Shown here: piece by piece, positions 23,823 to 36,760 of the stretch
Position numbering within the stretch: position 1 is the stretch's first letter
How the letters are laid out: every line of letters begins with the position of its first letter
From: Aplysia californica
Taxonomy: Eukaryota
NCBI RefSeq assembly: GCF_000002075.1
Contig: NW_004797601.1
Coordinates: 544,330-608,329 of the forward strand
Reading direction: 5' to 3'
DNA: 64,000 nucleotides
The notes under the pieces: model-generated
Seen by the model: only the letters and a program-made list of their open reading frames with translations
Databases searched by the model: none
What the model was told of the DNA's origin: nothing
Made by a program: the position numbers and the translations under genes

Positions 23823-24132
23823 ATTTTATTTTCCTCTATGTTTGATCTCCACCATAATTTTAATTACCCATTGTAAAAAAAGAAACCAAGTTATAAAAGC
23901 TGTTGGGAACAAAGAGCATCATAACAGCAGGGTATAAGAATTGTTTTAGTTCAAGAAAAGTTTGGAAGTTTCCATTTTTTAAACCAAATTATTTAGTTGA
24001 CCTCTTGGGATTCAGTTCTTTTTATTTTATCTCAGACAATAAACGAAACTTTATATGAAAATCATACCTTTCTGTTGCAGAGTTTCTTATCCTTTTTTGC
24101 AGATTCGATATTTTGTACAATGTTTCAATTAA

Positions 24133-24818
24133 GGGGGGAGCTACACCCCGAAAGTCCCGATTCGGCTCAAATTCCTCAGCCTCTCCTACAACAATTTCAT
24201 CACATAAGAACCCCCAAAAACCTCTTTTTTTCCCATATCGGGCATGTTTGTCACCACCATTTCCTCTTAAAGTCAATATTTTATTTTTCTTTATCGGTCG
24301 TTTTCTCAAAACTCGACTTTTCTCTATACTTTAAAAAAAATAACTCCACCAGTTTTCATCCAATCTTTATGAAATTTTCACAAAATGAAGAAAAGATGTA
24401 TTACTACAAATTTTCAGTTGAATTTTGTATATATGGAATAGATTTTTGTTGGTGGTGTCTTGAGTGTGGATTTTCACTGATTTTTTGCAAACTTGAATAC
24501 TACGTCAGGAAAAAATTCATTAAAAATGTTCTAATTCGTTTAAGAAAAAAAAACAACAGACAAATTTTAGATCTAATGTTTTAACACACATGCCTAAAAA
24601 ACAATCAATTTCCATCTGCGATAAGTGCGGTATTCATTACGTAAGACATGTCAATAAAAATCCAATATGGCCGCCGTATCCATGGAAACGAAACTTTTTT
24701 TTTCAAATTTGATTGCGGATTTTAAGACTCCTTACTATGCTTGTTATATGTATGAAATTTTGTAAAATTCGGTCCGCTAATAAGCGAGATTATAGCCTTC
24801 ATGTGTAGCCCCCTCCCC
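24133..24818. mobile_element. Kolobok-like non-autonomous DNA transposon
   Basis: TTAA then GGGGGGAGCTACAC; imperfect inverted end GTGTAGCCCCCTCCCCC; right TSD degraded. Confidence 0.55.
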
Positions 24819-25028
24819 CAAGACCAAATTTTCTATTTATCTTTTAGTTTTTAGTAAGTGTTTGTTACTAGAGAGTAATATACTAAGAAAAGAGGAAGGA
24901 GTGATAAGGATGATACATGTTTGGAAGGAAAAAAGGAGCAAACCACACCTGAGCATCCGCCAACTACTCACTCACAGCCTCCGCTGTTTCTGTTTCTATA
25001 AAAAGAAGCCGTAAACAAACTACAACAT

Positions 25029-25545
25029 GGGGCCTCTCGTGGCCTAGAGGTTACGGTGTTTGCCTCTCATTCAAAAGTCCCTGATTCGAATCCGGGTAGC
25101 AACGGAAAAATGTTCTTCTCTAAAAGTGTCTCCTTTCAGCTCCTTTCCTGCTCTCAAACCATGTTCTGTCGCCGGCTGTCGTCTCCACTTTGTGCCCCCA
25201 CCTCTTCACCTCCTTTGCCCCGTCCTCTGGGCTCCTGACTCTTTCTAAAGCCTTTTTGCTACTCCTTGACTCCTTCTTACTTCTGTCTTTCAGCCACTCC
25301 CCTGATCTTCTAGGAATGATCTACACCTAGCCTTCTCGGACAAGGGCGAAAAATCTCGGATAGGTCCCATGTGCAAGTTGCACCGGTTAAAGATCCCTTG
25401 GTAGTCTAAAATCGACAAGAGTGGGCTTCGGCCGCCACCCGGGCAAAATTCAAAATTTGCTACCAACTGAAAATGTTTAATGTGTCCTGTGTGCTAATAT
25501 GACCTTGTGCAGTTACGAGCGCCGTAAAACACTTTCCAAAAAAAA
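25029..25545 (+). mobile_element. tRNA-derived SINE family A
   Basis: A box TGGCCTAGAGG, B box TTCGAATCC; homologous to the copies at 38214 and 49828. Confidence 0.9.
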
Positions 25546-25845
25546 GCCATAAAGTCTATTGTAGTCAACGTTGACGTGAACACTTCAGCGGACAGGAGAG
25601 TGAGTATTATATAATAACAATAATAATATAATGCAGATAATTTCTGTAGCACCTACTCCTTACAATACAGTTTATAAAACTCAAGGCGCTTTTCAACACC
25701 TTCATCTCAATTCAAAACACAGGCGTCAATGAACATAATGTGTACATGATACTCTATATATTAACACTGACACATTAGTAGACATATTCTTACTAGCACA
25801 GCACAATCAATGACGATAATAATATTATTATGAACATCACACATG

Positions 25846-25876
25846 CACACGCGCACGCACGCACGCACGCACACAT

Positions 25877-25930
<54 letters not shown>
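25846..25930. repeat. (GCAC)n(CA)n microsatellite
   Basis: Direct inspection. Confidence 0.95.
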
Positions 25931-25932
<2 letters not shown>

Positions 25933-26106
25933 CGGGGCGGTGCCACTGATTGAAGTGTTTTTAGACCATTCCCAAAAGGGGGACATGTTTCGTTCTAGTA
26001 GTGCACAGTAGAATTGTAAATGGGCTGATTCAACCATGTCATGCTCATAACTGTGCCTGAACTACAACAGGGAACTACTGCTTTTTCTTTCCTAATCCTT
26101 ACTATC

Positions 26107-27716
26107 CTAGCATCTGCGTTTGTCGCGGCCGCGATTTTCGGCATTTTACGCGGCCGCGATTTTTACATTTTTCAAAAAGAAAAGGCTACTTCATAACATA
26201 GACGTGTATTTTTTATAATTTTAAAGTGTCCATGTATAGTTATTTATACGCGAAGAATAATAATAAGTACATTACACATTATATTGCTGTTTGTCTTTTT
26301 GTTTCCTCTCTTTGTTGGTGTGTTAATTTTTCTTATCTATTTGTGTGTGTTTATATAGCGTAATGTCATTTAATTTGATGTTCCTACATTTAAAAAAATA
26401 AAAAAAATAAATATAAGTGTTATGTTAGAGCGTGTCTCCACCAAAACCGAATACTTACAGCAGGCCCCTTGTGTGTGATTCCATAATTTACATGTAATAT
26501 CCTGTCCTTTTTCTTGAATTAAATACGTTTAGGGACAAAACGGCCAATCTTCGAATGGGTGGACACACGCCCTTATTTGTTACTTTTAGCGGTTATTTGT
26601 GTGCTGTTCTAATTTTGATTTCATTCTGTTGTGAAACCTTTATTTTTCATTTTTTTACACTCCATGTGTCTACAAATAATATTCTGGATGCTTAAAACAG
26701 AGCACAAGAAATTCTGGTGCTTTAGATTAAGTCACCTCTATCAATATAGAGTACAAGATGACATCCAAAGGTGAACGCATCACTCTAGAATCTGTGTCAC
26801 TAGAAAAAGACCTAGGTGTGAATATTGATAGTGATCGAAAATTCAGCAAACATGTCAGTATCAGGTCAACAAAGCTAACAATCTTCTCGCACTGATCCGG
26901 AGAGGTTTCACAATGCTGGACAAAGTGTCCCTTTCTACTCTGTACAAATCAATCATTCGTCCTCATCTAGAGTATGGAAATGTGGTCTGGCACCCCAGAC
27001 TTAAAGGTGATGAAGAACAACTTGAAAAAGTGCAACGTCGGGCCACCAAACTAATTCCTGAACTACAGCACCTTGCTTACTGCGATCTTCTCAGAAAATT
27101 GGATCTGCCATCGCTGTACTATCGGAGAGCTAGTGGCGACATGATTGAATGTTACAAGTATTTAACAGGAATTTACAACGTAACGGGAGATTTTTTTACC
27201 CCGCGATCTTCACTCTAACACCAGGGGACACAGTCTAAAATTGAAAAAAAAAAAACAACATGTGAAAACAGCAGTCCGCCAAAACTTCTTCAGCGTACGC
27301 ACAGTTAACGCTTGGAATTCCCTACCGGAAAATGTGGTGTCTGCACCATCCTTGAATGCTTTCAAGAATAGGATTGACATGGTCTGGAAGGAACATAAAT
27401 TCTCTATGAACCTAGATTGGTTTCAAACTGCCAGATCCATGTCCCATGAGCACTAACCTACAGATACCAGAGTCTGAAAACAACGTACAGGAAGGAATAA
27501 GCAACGAAAGCAACGAACGGCTGATAGGCGACTAGCCTGACCACAGCCGTACTTCATACTACTACTACTTCTACTACTACTAATATATTATATCGTCACA
27601 GCTAGTTGAAATTGAAAGCTTGAAAATTAATGGCAACTTTTTTGGCAACTTTTGCCATTTTTGTGACAACTTTTGGCAACTTTTGGACAAAAAATGGCAA
27701 CAAACGCAGATGCTAG
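26107..27716. mobile_element. Non-autonomous DNA transposon with CTAG termini and 6-bp TSD
   Basis: TIR CTAGCATCTGCGTTTGT / ACAAACGCAGATGCTAG; TSD ACTATC at 26101-26106 and 27717-27722. Confidence 0.88.
26749..27581 (+). mobile_element. CR1-type LINE 3' fragment (frameshifted RT C-terminus)
   Basis: EKDLGV, LYKSIIRPHLEY, LEKVQRRATK, TRGHSLKL, FFSVRTVNAWNSLP; (TAC)n tail. Confidence 0.93.
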
Positions 27717-28898
27717 ACTATCGTCATTTTCCTCTACTTCTTTTGTATGTTTGTCACACTCTTGTGACCCTCTATTTCTGGGGTGCCTTGATAGTCGAAG
27801 CAGACTTTGTGCTGTTGAAGCTAGAGAGGTGAGCAGAGCAAGTCCTGATTCCCTATAAAGACTTCTCTGTTGACATCCACCCCTTGGCGCTCATATGACC
27901 TTATGCAGTTGCGAGCGCCGTAAAACCCTCTACTTAAAAACAAACTAAAATACACACATACACANNNNNNNNNNNNNNNNNNNNNNNNNNNNNNNNNNNN
28001 NNNNNNNNNNNNNNNNNNNNNNNNNNNNNNNNNNNNNNNNNNNNNNNNNNNNNNNNNNNNNNNNNNNNNNNNNNNNNNNNNNNNNNNNNNNNNNNNNNNN
28101 NNNNNNNNNNNNNNNNNNNNNNNNNNNNNNNNNNNNNNNNNNNNNNNNNNNNNNNNNNNNNNNNNNNNNNNNNNNNNNNNNNNNNNNNNNNNNNNNNNNN
28201 NNNNNNNNNNNNNNNNNNNNNNNNNNNNNNNNNNNNNNNNNNNNNNNNNNNNNNNNNNNNNNNNNNNNNNNNNNNNNNNNNNNNNNNNNNNNNNNNNNNN
28301 NNNCACCATCACCATCACCACCACTTGCATCGCCACCACCACCAATGTATGCACTCATTATTACCCCCCCCCCCCCAAATAATTCACGTGCATGACAAGT
28401 ATGAAGGGAATATCAGAGCTCAGGTTTTGTGATGAAACGTTGGCTTGCAGGTCGAGAAACCAAAGTCAAAGTTCAATTCAGTCGCACACGAAATATATAG
28501 TTTACTCTCATCCACCACTAGAAAGTGAAAACACTTCTCGCTTTAAAAATTTTTTTTTGCCCCCCCCCCACAAAAAATGACTACACTTAGGTCCATGATG
28601 GTTTTGGCTTCACACCCCCCCCCCCTCAATCCTCCCCGAATTAATTCGTCAGATAACATTTTAAAGATCTGCGATATGTTGATTCTACTGACGTATCCAG
28701 TTTTTTTTCCTTACTGCTGCGGCTTCAGCCAGTCTCGCTGTTCTACATTAGTGTAAACAACATGGTGGACACGTTGTGACTTGGGATTATCAAGCTCAGA
28801 ATTTACCAGGCTGTGAAATTGCTGGCATCTCAATTCTGAATTTGTGGTTGCCATTTCCAACTCAATTTTTAAATTATTGATAGCTTTATAAACGAACT

Positions 28899-29021
28899 AT
28901 GGCGAATTCTAGTGCCAAGAAATCATCAGCGAAAGCGAATGGAGATGATTCCAACAACGGTGGAAACTTGATTTCTTTGCTATCCAAAGCTGTGACACCA
29001 GAATTTGCATGGTCGGATAAG
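28899..29021 (+). CDS. RAB5IF: RAB5IF exon 1
   Basis: ATG to aag|gtaaag, ends AWSDK. Confidence 0.92.
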
Positions 29022-32000
29022 GTAAAGCCGAATGAGGTTTTCTTACTCATCGTAGCTGTAGTTGGGGATATGGCTGCTTCTGATCATAACATAACGTTGT
29101 TACTGAGTTTAGATCAGTTCTTTGATTCACGATGTTATTGATTATTATTGTAATGTTACTGTCATTACTTTACTTACTTGACAGGCCATCACAGAGATCA
29201 ATGTTGAATAACAGCAAGGCAAATTAGATCTAGAATCTAGATCTAGATCTAGATCTAGTAGCATTTGTCAACATGCATCATAGGTTTGAATTTAAATGTT
29301 TTAGGTTATACCTGATATTTTGTCTCTGATTCTGTATTGCATATATCCATTTCAGAGTCCCTTTATTAACACTAGATCCAGTCCTGCAGAGTGGAAAATG
29401 AACTGATTCTGTACAATTATTTTGCTTCTCTCTCTTGTTTGGATAAATTACCTTTCTGTAAAGTGTGACTTGTCAGATAATACGATTATTATCAAATTTC
29501 ACATAGAATCAAAAGACAAAAATCTTTTGATGACGATTTTCTCATCTGCCTCTACGTGTTTTTTTCTTGGTGTTTTTTTGTTGTTGATGTGTCTATAAAT
29601 TTCATTGACCTTTATTTATATCTCTTGCTGCAGGATGAATTCCTTGATGTGATTTACTGGATGCGACAGATTCTTGGTGTTGTCCTAGGACTGGCGTGGG
29701 GCATCATTCCTCTCAAGGGGTTTCTTGGGCTTGCATTGTAAAGAAATTTGTCTTTTCTTTTGTTCTGTTCTTTGTCATGTACACGAGTTTATGTTCACAT
29801 ACAATTCATGATCTGAACAAGGTGTTAAAATGTTCACTGAAAATTACAGAGGTAGAAAACTCAGCGGCTTAAGAAAATACTTTGGCGTTACGTAAATTCT
29901 TCTTTCTTGGCTCTAAGAAAATAAAATAAAATAACATGTTCTCAGTAAATGTTTTAAATGGATGAAGTAAACTTCTATGGATAAAATGCTTGACAAATGT
30001 TATTATTTGTTACTTTGCTTTCTTGAAGCTACATCTTTTCTTGAAAAAGACAATTTGTGAGGCGGGCTGACAAGATGAGTTACTTCTCAGATTTTAGTCC
30101 TGTGGACATCGATAGATATATATGTCAAATTTATAGGTTAGGTTTGCACAATTTATTTCATGAAATTATATAAGATACATATATTTAACTTGGAAGAAAA
30201 TGATGTTAGTTGAAAATCTACAAATTTGATGTGTAGATTTCGGCTGACATCTCCATTTATGGACTGCGAGAGTCAACTCATTTTGTGAGCATGCCTCACA
30301 TTTTAAGATAATATCAGAGTTCCTTGAGTACAAATGACTACTCTTTGTTCTCCCCAGGTTCTTACTTGTGAATGTTGCTGTGGTGTATATTTATTACAAT
30401 ACTTTTCAAAAAGTTGATGAAGAGGAATATGGTGGAGCCACGGAAATCCTGAAAGAGGGATTGATGACGTCTTTTTCCTCTTTTCTGGTGAGTAGAGTTT
30501 TTTTTATTTTTTGTCACAAAGAGAATAATATCTGTGATTTTTTGTGTCTATTTCATAGCTGCAACTTTCCTGCTAAATAGCGGAAGCTCCGCTTCATCTG
30601 GCTTTTCCCGCTACTTTCCTCCTTCCTCCGCTGGACCGCTCTCGGTCACAAATTGCGATACTTTTTTTTTTTACACCCGGAAAACACCGAACCGTGAGAG
30701 AGACGAAAACGCGGGTTGCACATGTCCGCCCGTAGCTTTCTACTTCCGTTCTTCTAGGCCTAGCAGCGCTAGTTTCACATTGTTTATTGTTGTGGAGCAA
30801 CATAGTTTCGATCGGGCATCGGGACGTTGGTGCGCCGAGTTGTCATTGAAAACGGCTGAAATTTGAGAGAAATTGATGCAGAATGCAAAAATAAAAGGAA
30901 CTGGAATGAGAAAGAAAGAAGCAGCTGGTATGCAACTTGAAAAGTCCATTAGAAAATTGAACTAGCCACTTGCTGCACTTTGCTGCGTTTGGTGCGCTAA
31001 AGAAATCGCGGCGTGCGGCACTCCTGTACAATTGCGGTCCCGTTTGTTTACATGACGGCTATTGTGGCTGTGGAAGTGAATCTAGATCCAGATAATCTAT
31101 CTCTAGATACAATCTAGGTCTACATATATTCTAGATATCTAGATTCTAGATCTAGATTAGATAGCCTAGGCTATAATTTTAATTCAGTTTAGATCAATAA
31201 ATAAGAAACACACTACAGGGGCACTAAGTGCAAACGGGACTGCAATTGTACAGGAGTGCCGAAATCGCTCAGTACAGCGGCAAAGGTGTTGCCTCCCTGA
31301 TCCAATACTGCTCTACATCGATGTACAAGTTTAAAGGGAAAGAAATCTTTTTATGAGACACCAGCTGGCAACAAATACTGGATTTTTAGTCACCAAGTCC
31401 AAACTGTGTCAAATTGACTCAAATGCTTGTTAGTCAACTTAGTTCCTTTGTTTTTTTGGTGTTTTTTTTAGGGGGGGGGGGGTTCAAATACATTTTAATT
31501 CAGTTGTCTATGGATAACAAATATGACAGTTTTCCCTTCCAAAACTATAGGCTAGATTTTCCAGTATAATATTGCCTCTGGATCTCACTGGTTTTACTCT
31601 GGCCTTCTGAGAGCACGCAAATTTCCTCTTTTTTTGAAATTCTTGAGTGGCAGCTATGCTATTTGAGTAACTTCTCTAAATGGAAAACACAACTAATTCG
31701 AAGAAAATCCGGCAGTCCACCAGATTTGGGTTCAAGCAGACTCGACTATATTTATTGTGATTTTTCTTCTTGACAGATCATCAGAATGGGTGGTTGGCGG
31801 GTGCTCAGGTGTGGTTTGCTTCTTTTTTCCTATGAAACATCTATCGTCCTTATCTCCCCTTTCTTCTTTTTTATGTTTGTTACTCTCTTGTAACACCTCT
31901 ATTCTTCTGGCGCTCATATATGACCTTATGCAGTAGCGAGCGCCATAAAACCTCTACTAAAACTAAACTAAAATCATCAGAGGAACACATAGTATTTCCC

Positions 32001-32846
32001 CACTTAGATATTCTTATTCTTCCGCTGTCTTCTGGTTTTTGGCTTCTATCTTTGTTATTTTGTGGCAGAGTTGAATGCCTTTCTAGATACAATGTAGGTC
32101 ATGTAAGCGACAAAGCACTTGCTTCAATGTCAGAACTCCAGGCTTAGTAACTACAATAATTTGGACCTAACTAAGCTTCATATGTCGGACTTTTGTGTGG
32201 TAGCACATCTGTTGACCTTTTAGGCCACAGTGCTTGACATGTTTTTTTGTCTTTTGTTTAAATGTAACATGTTTGTATTTTTGTCACAAGGTCGACGTCT
32301 TCTCAAGTTTGAACCTATACTATAGGCCTATTTTGTTTTGTCAACAGAATAGTATTCAGCAGTGGTAAAGAAGTAGCAGACTGATACGGTTAAAAAAATT
32401 ATCAAATTGCCAAGCTAGTTTAAAATACAGTGGAAACTGCTCCAAGGGCTACTTGTGTAAGACTGTCACTTGTACACAAGGTAATTCCTCACAGCTACTT
32501 CCCATTCTCTCCCCCTACGCTTTTTTGACATCATAATGACACTATGTAAGACATCACCTGTATAAATTGATGACTTTTCGCCTCAACTATGGATGGCTGT
32601 GTTATACAGTTTCGACTTTTGGCGGTTGGCTGGTGTGGTTTGTTCCTTCTTTTCCATCAAACATCTATTGTCTTTTCTGATCTCTCCTCCTTTTCTGTGT
32701 ATGTTACTCTATAGTAACAATTCTATTGCGTTGCAAGAGCCCTAAAACTCTTAACTAAAGCAATTTTGGCTTTACCTGTCAGTGTCTTGTTTCAGGTTGC
32801 GTGGATCATTTTGTACTCTGCCCTCCACACCGAGTCCACATTATAG
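28899..32846 (+). CDS. RAB5IF: RAB5IF / C20orf24 / OPTI (GEL complex subunit, Rab5-interacting family), 135 aa. Exons: 28899-29021, 29634-29737, 30358-30487, 32796-32846
   Basis: Spliced protein ...AWSDKDEFLDVIYWMRQILGVVLGLAWGIIPLKGFLG...DEEEYGGATEILKEGLMTSFSSFLVAWIILYSALH closely matches the recalled human C20orf24 sequence; all introns GT-AG and in phase. Confidence 0.96.
29634..29737 (+). CDS. RAB5IF: RAB5IF exon 2
   Basis: DEFLDVIYWMRQ...GFLGLA. Confidence 0.96.
30358..30487 (+). CDS. RAB5IF: RAB5IF exon 3
   Basis: VDEEEYGG...KEGLMTSFSSFL. Confidence 0.96.
31786..31972 (+). mobile_element. SINE-like family C 3' portion
   Basis: GGTGTGGTTTGCT...TATCGTCCTTATCTC body plus shared tail; relatives near 24865, 32620, 36705/37560 and 60115. 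Confidence 0.65.
32796..32846 (+). CDS. RAB5IF: RAB5IF exon 4
   Basis: tttcag acceptor, VAWIILYSALHTESTL*. Confidence 0.93.
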   Translation, partial: VAWIILYSALHTESTL

Positions 32847-35800
32847 CCCCCTTCTGTCGGACTGACAGCTGATTTGTCAGCATCTTTCACGGAAGGGAGC
32901 CTTCATAACTTAATTGCAAAGGATGAAACAGTTGGAGAGAGAGAAAGAACGAATAAGAGAAGTTGAATTGTGTTGTGTTAGTCTGTTTGTATGATTTGTT
33001 GACATTTTAGGGGGCTCAAGTAGTACATTGCTGTTTTTGTTTTCAAAATATTTTAATTTCTTTCTCTTTCCACTCACAAATCGTTGCTCATATATCTAAA
33101 TATACATGTTTCATTTAAAAAAAAAAAAAATTTGAATGATAATCCAGGTTTGCCAACCATCCCGAATTTCTGAGGACTTTCCCAGATATTGTAACCGGAA
33201 ATTTGAGAAAACATAAAATGCACTAGCTGAAACCAGTCCCACTTGATGTAATTGTGTTTGTTGGTACGTAATTTGATGTTATAATGCTGGATGTCCCTGA
33301 TTGGGATTTGAAAAAGTTGGCAAGCCTAGTAACCCCAATGGCCTTTTTCACAAAACTGACATCTGTTGCTCCCATGCAATGGTTGTATAGATGTTCTTGA
33401 GGAACTTTTTCAAGAACAGAAATGTTATTTTTACAGAAAAAAAAAGAATCCAGTTGGACTCGAATTTTACCTGGTGATTTATCATTACAGGAAACAGTAG
33501 TTCTAGTTGTTGCTTAATCCCATCCTTTGCTTTTGTGACCCAAAGTGACATGCATCATCGCACTTCGGTGTGACTTGATGTGACGTCGCTGTCTTGGTAC
33601 TAATGTGACATGAAAATTCCCCATTGTGACAGCCATTAGCCTCTAGTGGTGAACGCCTGAGCAGCAGTTAGTAAGGATTGGGTTAAACCTAGGATTTGTG
33701 CAAGGGTATGCGCAGTTATAATTTTAGACTTTAGGCTTCGCAGGCTTTGCTTTTGTCTTGGGGATAGACTCAGATTATCCAGATAAATAATCTTTTTTAA
33801 TGCAGTTCGTAAATGGCAGTGATGAAATAGTTCACTAGGCTCTGCAGACTTTTTGTCCCTGATTTTTTTGTCTTGTAACCAAGTTGGCCATTTCCATTTT
33901 TAGGAAGCATTTTGAGAAACATGCAGAATATTGTAATTGGTCGCTTTTAAACGCAAGGGGGCTATCCCGAAAAATGCTGTTTTGAGAAAATCGAAGTTAA
34001 AGTTTTCTGCCCTTGTTCAGTTTCTTTAAAAGACAAAGAAAGTTTTCTCACTATAACCAAACAAATATACTCACCAACCAAACCAAACTTCTATAGGTAG
34101 GGCAATGCCCACTTTTGGTATAGGTCAAGATTTCTGGAAACCCCCGAAATCTGGGTTAGCCCACTGGTCCTTAAAATCGACCAATTGTTTTAGTAAGAGT
34201 TTTACATTGCTTGCAACACAAAAAGGTCAAATAAGTGTGGAAGATTAGAGGGTTATTAGAGAGTAACATACAATTAAATTTATAAGGAGGAGGGATAAGG
34301 ATGATAGCTGTTTTGACTACCATTTTGATACTGGTTGGCGTTGTCAATGTCAAGTGGAAATTTGTGTTACTTCCTTTAAAAACAGTTTATCTCACATTGA
34401 AGATAAAACATTTTTGGTGTACAAGTTTAAGAAGTTGTGTGCTTGCGAAAGTGATTATGTATAATTTTATGACTAAAACCATTAAAAATGATTGTAGATT
34501 TTGTAGATTATAGATAACTGGATTTATTCAAGATTTATTCCATTTTCTTTAATTTTTCTCATTTTAAACGTTTTTTTCGGACATTTCCTGTACCATCCTT
34601 ATATTTATATTATAGTACCATTGAAATCTTTTCCCCACTAATGAAGTCTGTGTGTCAGTAAGGTTTGACATTTCATGTCACTTTTACGCGTCAGAAATTT
34701 CAAGATCTATTGTCATGGTAGCCTAACTTTTGTCCCTCAAAAAAGAGTCCCCAGTTTCCTGAAGGTGCTTCACTGTATACTCACATGCATTACTTTGGTG
34801 ATGTGTATGAGGACTGGTTCGATGAAAGTGTTGTTGTAGAGTTGTTAACTCAAAGAAGCAATTTCTGGGCTAGATTGCTGCGTCAGTTTCGACTGATAAG
34901 CAGGTGCTGGCATGTAATGTATGTCTACTGGTATAGATACAGGACATTTCTGTTTTGTTGCTTCAGTATTTCCCTCAGACACAAGTCTCTGAGGTGCTGA
35001 CTAGTTTTGGTGTTTGTATGTACTTTAATCAGAAGCAGAATATTCTACAGTTTGACAAGTGAAAGATCAAATGTGTCTATCGGCTGTGAATACTCCGAGT
35101 TATTTGTAAGCAGTCTCAACTCATGTCTATTTATTTTTTTTGGCTACATCATCCTTTGAACTGTCTATGTGCAGCCAGGGTGAGTGGTTTACACAGCTTC
35201 CAAGATGTGGGCATTCAAAAGGGCTGTCTCAGTTGTTTGTGTTAGGTGTATTTCGTTTATCTATTGAAAAAGATACAGACATAGCTGTATCGTGATAGAG
35301 ACTTTGAAATAGATATTGGCGGTGAGCTGTTCATTTGTTTTAAGCCCAGAAAGCAACATTTTTCAAAAGAGAGAAAAAACTCATTCTTTCTTTTAACAAT
35401 TGTAGGTACATCATGTATTTTTTCCTTGCTTTTTTTCAACATGGAGAATTTAAATTTTCACAAAATATTTCTTGAGCACATGCATCGATACCACAGATTA
35501 ATGAAGAATATAATGTCAAAGTTTTAAGCGTGATACATTTTAACAGCTGGGCGATAACAAAACTTTAAGCAATGCTCATTCTGCTATTGCTTTTTTAAAA
35601 TTAAAGGAAAACATTCCTTTCTGTGACATTTAAGTATTTAAAGTCCGAAAACTGTTATTTGTGAATGTCAAAAAAGCACAGAAGACGACAATGCACTTTT
35701 CTGTTTAATAAAAATATGAAAACATGAACTTTGGTTATGGCAGAATTGAAGTAGGTTCGGTAGCTGCCTTAAAGCTTCCCAAAACCACCCTTGCTACTGT

Positions 35801-36760
35801 GAAATGAGTGTGCTATTTAGTTGAATGGAAACTGAAAGTAGACTTTCATTACTGAAAAAATAATGTGTGTAAAGAAAACACATTATCCGAGACAGACTTC
35901 TTTTGTACCAGTGTGCGAGATTTTTTGTCATGAGCAGTTTACCAAGATATGTTGCCTCTTCTTGCACTCAGAGCAAGGGGCTGGACTGCCAAACTTATTA
36001 AATTGACAAATAATCAAAACCATCTTGTGTATTGTTTTCTTTTTTTTTTTTAGTAGCTACGCAGTGTCACGCTGTGTCATCAATGTTTGGGTCTTAACAC
36101 TATGTCACAAATGTTTGGGTCCTAACACATTCACAAATGTTCAGTGTCTTTTGCCTGTCTTTCTTTTCTGCCTCTTTTCTTGCAATTGCCATGTTTTAAC
36201 CTGGAAATTGTGGTCATGATTGTGCCCATGTGTTTCTGTTCAGCTTATAAATGTTTGTTTGGCCTATCCAGTTACCATCAGCAATAGACAGAAAATCTAT
36301 GGATCCTGCTTTAGGAGACCTCCTTGTCCTGTCCTAAAAAGAGTTTGTTTTGAAGTGTACAGAAGCCAGGGTATCAAACTATGTGAAGAAAGGAGTTTGA
36401 TATAATGACAAAACCACATAAAAGAGTTGCATGTTTTTCTCTTTTTTGGCTTTTTATATTTTTATATTCACTGTCGGTTTTTCTGTTTCCACTTGACAAT
36501 AATTTCTTTGTCATCAAAATTTCATGGACAGATTGCAATACACTTGTACTTTGTGGTTGTATGATTTTGAAGAAATTGAAATGTGTCTAAAATTTGCGAT
36601 TTGTTTGGGTTTGTGATGTGTCTTGTTGAAGAGCTTGTTTGTTTTGTTTTTGTAAGTTTTATAGCATTTACAATACAGATCATAGGTAATACAAATGCCA
36701 AAGATTAGGGTGTTTCTAGAAAGTAACATATATAAAAAAGGAGGAGAGATAAGGACGATA

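Larger units (their letters stand above)
25931..27948 (+). mobile_element. SINE-like family B copy interrupted by a nested insertion (26107-27716)
   Basis: Rejoined flanks reproduce the 5030-5460 element. Confidence 0.8.

Noticed and set aside
23163-23937. Pro/Ser- and Glu/Arg-rich ORFs
   Set aside because: CT-rich low-complexity tract spanning an N gap.
33145-33328. Small hAT-like MITE (CAGGTTTGCCAAC / GTTGGCAAGCCTA)
   Set aside because: Imperfect TIR, no recognisable 8-bp TSD and a single copy in the window.
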